Part shown: positions 20,971 to 30,892 of the stretch, in pieces
How the letters are laid out: every line of letters begins with the position of its first letter
Numbering within the stretch: the stretch's first letter is position 1
From: Promethearchaeota archaeon Loki_b31
GTDB taxonomy: Archaea > Asgardarchaeota > Lokiarchaeia > Sigyniarchaeales > SOKP01
Length of the DNA stretch: 46,657 bases
Reading direction: 5' to 3'
NCBI GenBank assembly: GCA_005222975.1
Contig: NJBI01000027.1
Span: 1-46,657, forward strand
Program-made: the position numbers and the translations under genes
Notes under the pieces: model-generated
The model's database searches: none
What the model was told of the DNA's origin: nothing
What the model saw: the letters and a program-made list of their open reading frames with translations, nothing else

Positions 20971-21102
20971 ATGGCTCAATGTAAAGATTGTAAATTTTAT
21001 AAAACTATTGATGAAACTAAAGGAGACTGCTTCGGACACGAAGTTCCAGCAACTTTGGATACGGAAAAGTGTCCTACAAATAGTTTTCAACCAAGGGACT
21101 AA
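20971..21102 (+). CDS. Small 4-Cys protein (43 aa), BssC/TutF-like Fe-S or metal-binding microprotein; not in the ORF track
   Basis: MAQCKDCKFYKTIDETKGDCFGHEVPATLDTEKCPTNSFQPRD*; CKDC...KGDC...C...F pattern; first gene of the unit with 21118. Confidence 0.75.
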   Translation: MAQCKDCKFYKTIDETKGDCFGHEVPATLDTEKCPTNSFQPRD

Positions 21103-21117
21103 AAGGAGTGAGGAAAG

Positions 21118-21738
21118 ATGCCATTAAAAATAGATTTCAAGAGAACCATGAAAGAGTTTTATCAACCGAGCTCTAAGGAAGTGGTGCTGGTTGATGTTCC
21201 TGAGATGCAGTTCTTGATGATAGACGGAATAGGTTCTCCAGGTGATTCTAAAGAATATATTGATGCGCTTGCTGTACTTTATCCCGTAGCATTTAAAACG
21301 AAATTTTTAAGTAAAGCAAAAGGCAAGGATTATGTTGTCCCCCCTCTAGAAGGCTTATGGTGGGCAGATAATATGGATGACTTTACTGAAGGGAATCGTG
21401 ATAAATGGAAGTGGACGATGATGATAATGCAACCTGACTGGATTACTCAAGACATAATAAATGAAGCGATAAAAGTAACAAAAGATAAAAAACCTGAACT
21501 ATCAAAATTGCTTCCTAAACTCCGATTAGAGCGATATAAAGGAGGAAAAGCAGCTCAAATAATGCACATCGGTCCTTATTCAGAGGAAGGTCCTACGATT
21601 GCGAAAATTCATAATTTCATTAAGGATAAAGGAAGTACATTCGATGGACACGAGAAAAAACATCATGAAATCTATTTAAGCGACCCGAGAAAAGCAAATC
21701 CTACCACAATGAAAACTGTTATAAGACAACCTTTCTAA
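21118..21738 (+). CDS. GyrI-like small-molecule-binding domain protein
   Basis: FLMIDG.GSP, YVVPPLEGLWW, W.WTMMI.QP, H.GPYSEE, HHEIYLSDPR, T.IRQP; SD-like AGGAGTGAGG upstream. Confidence 0.9.
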   Translation: MPLKIDFKRTMKEFYQPSSKEVVLVDVPEMQFLMIDGIGSPGDSKEYIDALAVLYPVAFKTKFLSKAKGKDYVVPPLEGLWWADNMDDFTEGNRDKWKWTMMIMQPDWITQDIINEAIKVTKDKKPELSKLLPKLRLERYKGGKAAQIMHIGPYSEEGPTIAKIHNFIKDKGSTFDGHEKKHHEIYLSDPRKANPTTMKTVIRQPF

Positions 21739-21746
21739 ATATTTTT

Positions 21747-24149
21747 TTAAAAACATAATAAATCTTTTTGAATAGATCTTCTATTAAAATCAGATTTTAA
21801 TAATTCTTCGAGTTCAGGGAATTTAAAAGGAAAAATATTCTCAAAAGCTCTTTTTAGCAATTCGATATATTTCTTCCTATCGTACTGATGTTTTTTTTCG
21901 TCATAAAGATCTGAGAGAATCACCTTCTTTTCGGGGAATTCCGGATCAGCATCGGCATTGAGTATAATATAGCGAACATTTTTACCGGGAGTCACTACCA
22001 CACCTGATCTTTCTAGTTGTCTTGCAGCAACAGCCTGATACGAATTTACCTTGTATTGTGAAGGTTTTCTGGAAATTCTTTGGCGAATCGTAAGTTCTTC
22101 TCGCGAAACTTCACCTGTCTCTATCTTGTCCACATATCGATAGAGCATCTTCTTTACTTTTGGGATTCTTCTCATAAATTCTTCGACGGATTTTGCGCCT
22201 TGAAATACATCGATAAATGCGTACTGAGCGTCTTTAACGATTTTTGGTATGTCTCTGCGTCGAACTTCGATTCCTCTTACTTTTATCTCTCCATCGCTTT
22301 TAATCCCCCAATAGTGGCTTAACGCCGGGATGTCCGGTTCTGCACGAGATGGAAGAAAAACGACAAAATTGTACCTTCCGTCCCAACTCATTGGAATACC
22401 CACTTGTTCAGTTATTTCTTCAGCAATATTTTTAGTTACTACTTCGAACTCCTCGGGAGACCTATTTTTTGTATCTTTGAGCCAAATTGAATCCACAATT
22501 CCGTGAATAACTTTACAACCATGTTCTTCTGCTATCTCCGCAGAGCGCATAAGGAATTCACGAGCAAACGCGCAAACCGTTTGATGGGCTTCGATCTTTC
22601 CGAAACGAGCGTTTTTGAATCCTAAATACCCGAAGCTTACTACGAGCACCCATTTTAGAGCAATGTCAGTGAATTTATAACGGAGGTTCCCAGTTTTACG
22701 GACATACTCTTTGTACTTTAGTCTTTTTGATAAAGGCAGACTTATTGATTTCGATATGATTCCTTGTCTTTTTGAGCATATATGAAAGTCCAATCCTGGA
22801 ACTTTTACACCTGTACCGTCGTCTTTACAACACTTGCAATTAATGGTTTCCGAAGAAACATTAAAGTTTGCCATTAAAGAAGGATACATAGAAGAAAAGT
22901 CTAGTTCCACCACTTGATCAAAAACTCCAATGATCGGTTCGAATATATGGCCTCCACGATCGCTTCTAATTAGGTCCATTCCAGTATTGAACCCTTCTGG
23001 ATTTTTCTTGAATGGAGGAATTAAATGGCCAAGTTTATAAGCGTTATAAAATTGAATCGACTGGAGTGCCCCCCCGATAGTTATGCGACTTAATCTTTGG
23101 AGCGAGATTCGCGATATACGGGCGACTTCAATAACGCCTGGAATATTTCCTTCCGTAAAATGGAGGCTGGCGTATGTTGTTGTGTCCAAATGAAATCTGC
23201 CAGATAAATAAACTTGAGTCTTTGAACGCCGTCTTATTATACCATAAGACATATAATGATCTGAACCACCAGAAAGCTTGAAAAGACAGTTTACCAATGG
23301 CTTTTTATCCCGAGAAAGGTAAAGATCTTTTGTTACTCGATTCTCTGAAGCCCGAGCAACTAAATACGGAAGGAGAAATTCGTCCCCATTTTGGGTAAGT
23401 ATTATATCAGGATCGAGATGTTCGATTACTTTGCTTATGGTCTTCAAGGTTTCCGCTTCGTCTGCTTTATCGATCAATATTTTTCGTTTTATGTATCCAT
23501 CTGCTCGTGGAACATTGCTCTCGTCGTTTTCAACAATACTGATTTCAGCATGAGAAATGGGATCATTGTAATATGGCCTTATCCCTTGGTACTGAATTTT
23601 TACATCTAACCAAACGGCTTTTAGTGGGGGCAAATCGTAGAATAACTTTTCGTTGTCATCTTGTAAATCTAGAGAAACAAGGCGTAAAATATTACTTCTC
23701 TTGTCTTTGCCCTTTTCAATTTTAACTTTGAAACGACAGAAAGACATAGGGAATATGTCATTGACATAGAAATACATCTGAGTAATAGGAAGATCCGTAT
23801 TATGCAAGATAAGAAGTCCTATTCTGTCAACTTCTTTAATTGTTTTCTTAAATACCGAGGGTTTCGTTACAGTGACACCAAGAACTTTCGTTTTTTCGTG
23901 ATCTTCCAGTTTTGCATACTTTTCACAGATCCGCACCTCTTTTACATTTAGATTTTGAGTAAGGATATATTTCAATCGCTTTAAGTCGTTACCGACTTCA
24001 TTTCTGGGCACGGCAAAAAATTCAGGACAGAATTCTTGGTATATTTTTATTACCTTCTGCTCTTTTGAGGTTTTTACCCAAAGGATAACTCCTTCGCTAA
24101 AAGTAGATACATCTAAAAGCCAACCGTTAAAAACATTCTGTGAGTCCAA
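21747..24149 (-). CDS. polB2: Family B DNA polymerase, PolB2 (Dpo2-like) group
   Basis: Motif A ELDFSSMYPS, Cys insert NCKCC..C, motif B KWVLVVSFGY, degenerate motif C HGIVDS (vs YGDTDS), RGIEVRRRD; adjacent to PPB2. Confidence 0.9.
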   Translation of the reverse strand: MDSQNVFNGWLLDVSTFSEGVILWVKTSKEQKVIKIYQEFCPEFFAVPRNEVGNDLKRLKYILTQNLNVKEVRICEKYAKLEDHEKTKVLGVTVTKPSVFKKTIKEVDRIGLLILHNTDLPITQMYFYVNDIFPMSFCRFKVKIEKGKDKRSNILRLVSLDLQDDNEKLFYDLPPLKAVWLDVKIQYQGIRPYYNDPISHAEISIVENDESNVPRADGYIKRKILIDKADEAETLKTISKVIEHLDPDIILTQNGDEFLLPYLVARASENRVTKDLYLSRDKKPLVNCLFKLSGGSDHYMSYGIIRRRSKTQVYLSGRFHLDTTTYASLHFTEGNIPGVIEVARISRISLQRLSRITIGGALQSIQFYNAYKLGHLIPPFKKNPEGFNTGMDLIRSDRGGHIFEPIIGVFDQVVELDFSSMYPSLMANFNVSSETINCKCCKDDGTGVKVPGLDFHICSKRQGIISKSISLPLSKRLKYKEYVRKTGNLRYKFTDIALKWVLVVSFGYLGFKNARFGKIEAHQTVCAFAREFLMRSAEIAEEHGCKVIHGIVDSIWLKDTKNRSPEEFEVVTKNIAEEITEQVGIPMSWDGRYNFVVFLPSRAEPDIPALSHYWGIKSDGEIKVRGIEVRRRDIPKIVKDAQYAFIDVFQGAKSVEEFMRRIPKVKKMLYRYVDKIETGEVSREELTIRQRISRKPSQYKVNSYQAVAARQLERSGVVVTPGKNVRYIILNADADPEFPEKKVILSDLYDEKKHQYDRKKYIELLKRAFENIFPFKFPELEELLKSDFNRRSIQKDLLCF

Positions 24150-24152
24150 CTT

Positions 24153-24428
24153 CTACTCTTTTCCCTTAATTATTTCCTCTATTTCGATAATCTTTTTTTC
24201 CAACAACCCAATTTTCTTTTCTTGCTCAATCGCAAACGACATGAAAAGAATTTCTGAAAGCATAGGGCGAGCGCTTAAACTGCCAGCATCCGCATGAATT
24301 CTCGCAAAGTTCATTAATTTATCAAATATTTTTTGATCTTCTGGCCTAAGCGCTCTTTTATAGTCCTTCCAGCTTTCGATCTCGTGTTCAAGCGCAGGAC
24401 GAAAGCTTGGTACGGTTCTACCACACAT
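24153..24428 (-). CDS. PolB2-associated small helical protein (PPB2-like)
   Basis: GRTVPSFR..LE.EI..W..YKRALR.EDQ..FD.L...AR.H..A signature; immediately upstream of polB2. Confidence 0.85.
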   Translation of the reverse strand: MCGRTVPSFRPALEHEIESWKDYKRALRPEDQKIFDKLMNFARIHADAGSLSARPMLSEILFMSFAIEQEKKIGLLEKKIIEIEEIIKGKE

Positions 24429-24501
24429 ATTTACTTCAACTTTCTTTTTAGTTTTTCAAACAAACCCAGAAGGGTAGTCTTCTGAAACATTAAAAAAAAT
24501 A

Positions 24502-24528
24502 TACTTCGAAAATTTTCTAATTTTCTAT
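24502..24528 (-). promoter_or_regulatory. Conserved upstream motif, copy 1 (before PPB2-polB2)
   Basis: TACTTCGAAAATTTTCTAA..., 17/19 identical to 26843-26861. Confidence 0.5.
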
Positions 24529-24596
24529 CTAAAAAAATAATAAATAGATCTTTAACATTCTAAGATTATAGTAAAAATTTAATTATTGGATGAAAT

Positions 24597-25571
24597 ATGA
24601 AATACAAGATAATTGATTCCCTTTGTTATGTGCCAACTGAAGAAGTCTTTGTCGATCTTTTAGTGTCGTTACCTCCTCAGATGGCTAGATATCTTCAAGA
24701 TATTTTTGGTCCACGAATTGCTCCTCTACTTGGGATAACGGCAGAAGAACTTTATGTTATGAAAACAACAATGAATGCAGCTGAACTCAAGAATGCGATT
24801 AAACCTTTTATGCCAAATATAAAAAAAATGACATCAACCACAGATGAATTTGTCAAGCTGCTCGACAATATGGGCGTTGAAAAAGCTGTCATATTTAATC
24901 TTGACGAAGAAACGCCTAGTGGAATTGCGGGGCTTCCAAACGACTATTATGCCGAAATTGTTAAAAAACATCCAGATAAATTCGTAGGATTTGCAGGTAT
25001 TGATCCTTTAAAACGAATGAAAGCCGTAAGGGAGATAAGAAGATCTTACGATTTAGGACTTAGAGGCATAGCTGTTAGACCGTTTATGTTTGGAATACCA
25101 CCCCATCATGCGAAAATGTATCCAATTTATTCCACATGCGTGGAACTTGACATCCCTATTTGGTTTCATCTTTCTATAAATTATTCCACTAATAATGTGG
25201 AAGTTGAAAGACCGATCTACCTAGATATTGTCGCTCAGGATTTTCCTGAATTGAAGATTATTGCGGGACATGGCGGATGGCCTTGGGTAAACGAATTAGT
25301 AGCTGTTGCTTGGCGTAATCCTAATATATACATTGATATTGCATCTTACCTTCCTAAGTATATTGGTATGAAAGGAACGGGATGGGAGCAACTTATTCAT
25401 TTCGGTAATTCAGTTCTTCAAGATAAAATTCTATTTGGATCAACTTGGCTTTTTATGGGAATGTCAATAAAACAATTAGCAGATGGCGTTATGGAATTAC
25501 CTCTTAAAGAAGAAGTTAAAAGAAAATGGCTCTACGAAAATGCTGCTAGGCTTTTGGGGATAAAAAAATAA
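24597..25571 (+). CDS. Amidohydrolase family protein (Amidohydro_2, TIM barrel)
   Basis: PDKFVGFAGIDP, YPIY..C.ELDIPIWFH, FPELKIIAGHGGWPW, NIYIDIAS, KILFGS; the N-terminal DxH and C-terminal Asp metal ligands appear substituted. Confidence 0.85.
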   Translation: MKYKIIDSLCYVPTEEVFVDLLVSLPPQMARYLQDIFGPRIAPLLGITAEELYVMKTTMNAAELKNAIKPFMPNIKKMTSTTDEFVKLLDNMGVEKAVIFNLDEETPSGIAGLPNDYYAEIVKKHPDKFVGFAGIDPLKRMKAVREIRRSYDLGLRGIAVRPFMFGIPPHHAKMYPIYSTCVELDIPIWFHLSINYSTNNVEVERPIYLDIVAQDFPELKIIAGHGGWPWVNELVAVAWRNPNIYIDIASYLPKYIGMKGTGWEQLIHFGNSVLQDKILFGSTWLFMGMSIKQLADGVMELPLKEEVKRKWLYENAARLLGIKK

Positions 25572-25579
25572 AATAATCA

Positions 25580-26020
25580 TTGATAGAAAATAAAATGAGC
25601 AATAGGTATTGTTATATGAGCATATATTTAAAAGACCACGCCCCTTGTGGGATATATTGCACAAGATGCCCGGGAGTAAAGGTTTATAAGTGTAAAGGTT
25701 GCCGGGAGCAGAATGGTCAAATAAAAGATTTCCCTGTATGTAAAACGTATGAATGCGTGACGAGCAAGGGATATAAATTCTGCTACGAATGTGAAGATTT
25801 TCCTTGCGAGAAATTACAACCGATCGTAAATTTTGAAATTTTCTTACCTCACAATTCAAAAATTTACAACCTGCTTATGATAAAGAAGCATGGCATTGTT
25901 AAGTGGAATGAAATTTGTGAGAAGAAATCAGACTTTTATTATAAAGGGCGAAAAATTCAATTTGGTGGCGATCCTTTGACTCTTGAAAAAAAGAATCCAA
26001 ATTTATACAAAAAGAAATAA
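25580..26020 (+). CDS. DUF3795 Cys-rich protein
   Basis: APCGIYCTRCP, CKGCR, C..Y.C...KG..FCYECEDFPCEKL; true start probably a downstream ATG. Confidence 0.8.
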   Translation: MIENKMSNRYCYMSIYLKDHAPCGIYCTRCPGVKVYKCKGCREQNGQIKDFPVCKTYECVTSKGYKFCYECEDFPCEKLQPIVNFEIFLPHNSKIYNLLMIKKHGIVKWNEICEKKSDFYYKGRKIQFGGDPLTLEKKNPNLYKKK

Positions 26021-26046
26021 TAGAACTACCGTTTAATCTTCGATTT

Positions 26047-26805
26047 TTAGGAAAACCAGCAATCTAATGTCATATTTTTCATTGACTTTGCTAAGTTCTT
26101 TTTTGGAGCACGTGGCTTCCACTTTAAAAGGCGGTTTTCTGGCAAGAAAGGATGCTGAACTAGAACATATTCTGTATATCGCTCGTCTTCGTTTATCAAT
26201 GCTAATACACTTCCGAAGTGGGAGAGAATTTTTCCGCCATTAGGTCTATAGAGAGAATATTCGTTTAGGGGAGCAGTTAGGACGATGAGTGGTCTTGTTT
26301 TAGAGAGAATCGTTTTAATCCCGTTAATAGCTCTCAGTAAATCCTCAAACATCTGCTTTTCGTAACTCTGAAACAATGTAGTAATACCAGAAATTAAAAC
26401 AACTTTGACATGCTCAAGCTTAGAGAGCCTATTTTCTAAAAGCTCTACCATTTGATCCCAAATAAACGCGCGGGCAATAAGAATATTCTCTAAAACTTTC
26501 CGAGGCGATAAATTTTGGGAAACTGCAAACTTGCTTACGTTATATGGGTTAAAGCGGTTATTTGCGTCAATGAAAGCAACTTTTATTTCTTCTCCTAAAC
26601 CTCCATTATTAAAAGATTTTTGAGCGATAACCGCAGTGGTCAATAGAATGTTCGCAAGTTTTTTTTTATCGCCATAAAGTAGATAAACTAAGTTTTTATG
26701 AAAGCCACCGCCTCCCAATAACTCGTCTAGCGTTGAATCTCCGCTAGAAACTAAAGGAATTCTCTTGTTTTTTCTATAAAAATTAAACCCCGAATTAAAC
26801 GACAT
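26047..26805 (-). CDS. Inactivated RadA/RecA-like protein (iRadA), PolB2-associated
   Basis: SSG...LDELLGGGG, VAFIDANNRFNPY, NILIARAF..DQ, GGKILSH; Walker A degenerate (LYGDKKK, no GKT). Confidence 0.82.
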   Translation of the reverse strand: MSFNSGFNFYRKNKRIPLVSSGDSTLDELLGGGGFHKNLVYLLYGDKKKLANILLTTAVIAQKSFNNGGLGEEIKVAFIDANNRFNPYNVSKFAVSQNLSPRKVLENILIARAFIWDQMVELLENRLSKLEHVKVVLISGITTLFQSYEKQMFEDLLRAINGIKTILSKTRPLIVLTAPLNEYSLYRPNGGKILSHFGSVLALINEDERYTEYVLVQHPFLPENRLLKWKPRAPKKNLAKSMKNMTLDCWFS

Positions 26806-26842
26806 TACTTAAACTGATGAATCCATCAAAATAAAAGTGGGT

Positions 26843-26871
26843 TACTCCGACAATTTTCTAAAATTTGCTAT
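26843..26871 (-). promoter_or_regulatory. Conserved upstream motif, copy 2 (before iRadA)
   Basis: TACTCCGACAATTTTCTAA..., 17/19 identical to 24502-24520. Confidence 0.5.
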
Positions 26872-27186
26872 AATCATAAATAAATTTCGTAAGATAATTA
26901 CTCAAGCTAGAAGAGTAATTCTCTTTAAAAATATTAGCATTTCATGGAGACAGAGGGAGGAAAGTGGAAGTAAAAATAAAATAAGATTGCTAATTTCGAG
27001 CTTTTAATGAGTCGACAAAAATCATTGCAGCAATTTAGTAGAATTTAAAATTATCGAAGTTCTACTTTTTCAAGCAAACATTCTAAATAAATGATCACTA
27101 ATTCAAAACTTTATAACTAATATCGTCAATATTAATTATTAACAAATTGTATTTAATTAAAAACGGAAAAAATGTGAATAAAAAAA

Positions 27187-28902
27187 ATGTCGAGTCCGTA
27201 CGAAAGTAGATTTTGGCGAAAAAACTGGGATCCAGGTCTCACAGATCTTGACCCTAAAGAATTTGAGACCACTTATCCGGAAATGTTAAGAAGTATATTC
27301 GAAAAGTATCCTGATAATATGGCACTTGCTTTTCAAGGTTTAGAAATTAATTTTAGAGATTTAGATAGATATTCCAATCAATTTGCTAACATGTTAATAG
27401 AAAATGGATTTAAAAAGGGGGATGCAGTAGGAATCAATTTACCGAATGCTCCAGAATATATATATTCCGTCTTAGGTACGCTTAAAGCGGGATGTATCGT
27501 TTCAGGTGTTAGCCCCTTAATGTCAGATGTCCAAATGCACTATCAAATCGAAGATCTTGGGAAAGGAGGCAATAAAGTTGCCTTAGTTACTCTGGATGCA
27601 ATCTTTGAACATAGGTTAAAAAAAATTGCCGATAAATTACCTCAGCTTAAAGTTGTAATAGGAACAAGCGTAATTGGATCGTTTTCTAAAGAGGATCAAG
27701 CAAAAATTAAAGCAGTTAGAGAAATCCCCTCGGGTGAAATCACACCCTTAGAAGGAAAAACCGTCCTACACTTCCAAGACGATGTTTTGGCAAATTATTC
27801 TACTGATCTGCCTAAAGTTGATATATCTCCGGACGATATTGGTTGGATTCAATATACAGGAGGAACTACGGGACCACCAAAAGGTGCGATGTTGAGCCAT
27901 AGAAACTGTGCTTCAAATATGTTATGTATTAAAGCTTGGCTTCAATGGGAAGAGGGCAAAGGAATGCTATGTTCAGGATTTCCAATGTTTCATATTGCGG
28001 GATTAGTAGTTTCTGAAGCAGCTATAATCTTAGGCTGGGGACAAATACTTATAGCTAACCCCAGAGACGCCTTAGGTATTTGTAACGAGATGAAAAAATA
28101 TAAACCAACCGTTTTAGTAAATGTTCCTTCGCTATACCAGATTCTGGTTAATTTTCGAAAGTTCAAAAGGTTAGATCACTCAAATATAGTATCATGTATC
28201 TCTGCAGCAGCCCCATTTCCAAAAGAATCTCAAGAAGCATTAGAAAGCATAGTAGGGAAAGGAAAATTGTTAGAACTCTATGGAATGACAGAATTATCAC
28301 CTGTGGCAACAATGAACCCCTCTTTAGGGGAGAAAAAATTGGGTACTGTGGGATTACCTATCTTAAATGTTGAGTTAAAACTTGTCGATCCTGAAACCGG
28401 TAAGGAAGTTCCATTAGGGGAACCAGGGGAAATCTGCGTAAGAGGACCACTTGTCATGCAAGGTTATTACAATAAACCTGAAGAAACCAAAAATGCAATA
28501 GATTCAGACGGATATATGCATAGCGGCGATGTAGGAATAATGAGTGAAGATGGTTATCTACGAATAGTTGATCGTACAAAAGATATGATCATTGTCGGTG
28601 GATTCAAAGTATTTTCAGCAAAGATCGAAGATGTGTTAGCCAAGCATCCTGCAATTGGAATGATCGCCTTAATTGGATTGCCTAACCCTGATCGTCCCGG
28701 TTCGGAAATTGTTAAGGCACACATCCAATTAAATCCTGATCTTGAATACGATGGAAACGAAGAAGCATTAAAAGAGGATATTACAGCTTTTGCTAAGGAG
28801 AATTGTGCTCCATATGAAGTCCCAAAAATAATCGAATTTGCTAAAGAATTACCTCTAACTGTAATAGGTAAAATCGATAAGAAAGTTTTAAGGAAACAAT
28901 AA
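27187..28902 (+). CDS. Long-chain-fatty-acid--CoA ligase (FadD-like)
   Basis: QYTGGTTGPPKG, YGMTE, SGDVG...DGY..IVDRTKDMI, LP.T..GKIDK. Confidence 0.92.
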   Translation: MSSPYESRFWRKNWDPGLTDLDPKEFETTYPEMLRSIFEKYPDNMALAFQGLEINFRDLDRYSNQFANMLIENGFKKGDAVGINLPNAPEYIYSVLGTLKAGCIVSGVSPLMSDVQMHYQIEDLGKGGNKVALVTLDAIFEHRLKKIADKLPQLKVVIGTSVIGSFSKEDQAKIKAVREIPSGEITPLEGKTVLHFQDDVLANYSTDLPKVDISPDDIGWIQYTGGTTGPPKGAMLSHRNCASNMLCIKAWLQWEEGKGMLCSGFPMFHIAGLVVSEAAIILGWGQILIANPRDALGICNEMKKYKPTVLVNVPSLYQILVNFRKFKRLDHSNIVSCISAAAPFPKESQEALESIVGKGKLLELYGMTELSPVATMNPSLGEKKLGTVGLPILNVELKLVDPETGKEVPLGEPGEICVRGPLVMQGYYNKPEETKNAIDSDGYMHSGDVGIMSEDGYLRIVDRTKDMIIVGGFKVFSAKIEDVLAKHPAIGMIALIGLPNPDRPGSEIVKAHIQLNPDLEYDGNEEALKEDITAFAKENCAPYEVPKIIEFAKELPLTVIGKIDKKVLRKQ

Positions 28903-29096
28903 AATCCATTTTTTTTCTTATTCTTATTTTTATTCGTCATTAATTACGATTTTTTATAGGATTGTTAAATCGCCAAAATCAAATTTTTTAATGGAAGAAG
29001 AGTCTCATTAAGAAAGTTAAAACTTATATCTAAAAGAATCAAAATACTTAGTAACAATTTTTAAAGAAAAAAAGAAAAAATTAGAGTGAAATTAAA

Positions 29097-30809
29097 ATGT
29101 CAAGCCCTTATAGTTCAAGATTTTGGAAGAAAAACTGGGATTCTGGATTGGAAGATATTGATCCTAAAGAATTTGATACGACATTCATTGAAATGTGTGA
29201 AGAAGCGTTTGTAGAATATGCTGATAAAATGGCGTTAGAATTTTTAGGAGTAGAGATTACTTTCAAAGAATTAGATGATTATGCGAATCAATTTGCAAAC
29301 ATGTTAATTGAAAACGGATTTAAAAAAGGAGATATGGTGAGTATATGCCTACCTAATACACCAGAATATATGATAACCGTAATGGGAACATTGAGAGCAG
29401 GTTGTATTGTATCTGGAGTATCACCGCTACTTTCAGCGGTTCAAATTCAATATCAACTCAACGATTTAGGTACAGGAGGTAAGCAAATCGCATTAATGAC
29501 ATTAGATGCGATATTTGCGGGTCATATAGTCAAAATTGCTTCAAAGATACCACAATTGAAATTAATAATAGCTACAAGTGTAGCCGGCTTTTTGCCAAAG
29601 ATCAAGCAAGTTTTAGGTAAAGCGTTAGGAAAAGTCCCAAAAGGTAAGGTAACTCCTTTAGAAGGAATAAAAATTATTGATTTTCATAAGGAACTTATAG
29701 CTAATTATTCCACAGATCCAGTTGATGTTAAAGTAACTCCTGATGACATTGGATGGATTCAATACACAGGAGGAACTACGGGACCACCAAAAGGAGCGAT
29801 GCTAAGTCATAGAAATTGCGTTTCAAATCAAAAATGCATTATATCTTGGCTTCAATGGAAAAGGGGAGAAGGTGTATTGTGTTCAGGCTTTCCAATGTTT
29901 CATATTGCTGGATTAACCGTTACTGAAGCAGCTGTAGCTTCGGGGTTTAGCCAAATATTGATTCCTAACCCTCGTGATACTAACCATATGGTTAAAGTCA
30001 TGAAGAAATATCATCCAACAAACTTGGTTAATGTACCCTCTTTATATCAACTTTTAATAAATAATCCAAAATTTAAAGAGATAGATCATTCAGAATTAGG
30101 AACGTGTGTTTCTGCTGCAGCTCCATTTCCAAAGGAATCTCAAGAAGAATTAGAAAGCATTATTGGAAAAGGAAAACTATTAGAACTCTACGGTATGACG
30201 GAGACATCTCCCGTATCGACAATGAATCCTTCGTTAGGGTTAAAAAAATTAGGCACTATTGGTATACCATTTTTAAACGTAGAACTAAAAATCGTGGATC
30301 CTGAAACTGATAAAGAAGTCCCCCTAGGCGAACCTGGAGAAATATGTGTAAAAGGACCGTTAGTAATGAAAGGATATTATAACAAGCCAGAAGAGACGAA
30401 AAATGCGATTGATAAAGATGGATATATGCATACTGGCGATGTAGGAATTATGGACGAGGACGGTTATATTCGAATAGTCGATCGTACAAAAGACATGATA
30501 ATTGTTGGAGGATTTAAAGTATTTTCAGCTAAATTGGAAAACACTTTGACTCAACATCCAGCTATTGGAATGGTAGCTACAATTGGTTTGCCCAATCCCG
30601 ATCGTCCTGGATCTGAAATTGTTAAAGCGTTCATCCAGATTGATCCGAGTTATGATTTTGATGGAAATGAAGACGCATTGAGAGAGGATATAACAAAATT
30701 TGCTAAGGAAATGTGTTCGCCTTACGAAGTCCCTAAAATAATCGAATTTACTGAAGAACTACCTCTAACTACTGTTGGTAAAGTCGATAAAAAATCACTT
30801 CGTAAGTAA
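29097..30809 (+). CDS. Long-chain-fatty-acid--CoA ligase, tandem paralog
   Basis: Same ANL motifs; highly similar and collinear with 27187-28902. Confidence 0.92.
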   Translation: MSSPYSSRFWKKNWDSGLEDIDPKEFDTTFIEMCEEAFVEYADKMALEFLGVEITFKELDDYANQFANMLIENGFKKGDMVSICLPNTPEYMITVMGTLRAGCIVSGVSPLLSAVQIQYQLNDLGTGGKQIALMTLDAIFAGHIVKIASKIPQLKLIIATSVAGFLPKIKQVLGKALGKVPKGKVTPLEGIKIIDFHKELIANYSTDPVDVKVTPDDIGWIQYTGGTTGPPKGAMLSHRNCVSNQKCIISWLQWKRGEGVLCSGFPMFHIAGLTVTEAAVASGFSQILIPNPRDTNHMVKVMKKYHPTNLVNVPSLYQLLINNPKFKEIDHSELGTCVSAAAPFPKESQEELESIIGKGKLLELYGMTETSPVSTMNPSLGLKKLGTIGIPFLNVELKIVDPETDKEVPLGEPGEICVKGPLVMKGYYNKPEETKNAIDKDGYMHTGDVGIMDEDGYIRIVDRTKDMIIVGGFKVFSAKLENTLTQHPAIGMVATIGLPNPDRPGSEIVKAFIQIDPSYDFDGNEDALREDITKFAKEMCSPYEVPKIIEFTEELPLTTVGKVDKKSLRK

Positions 30810-30892
30810 TAATTAATTTTTATTTTTTTTATTTATTTTTGCCTTTTTATTAACGGAAATTAGAGAATATGAGTTCTATTACCTATAAAATG

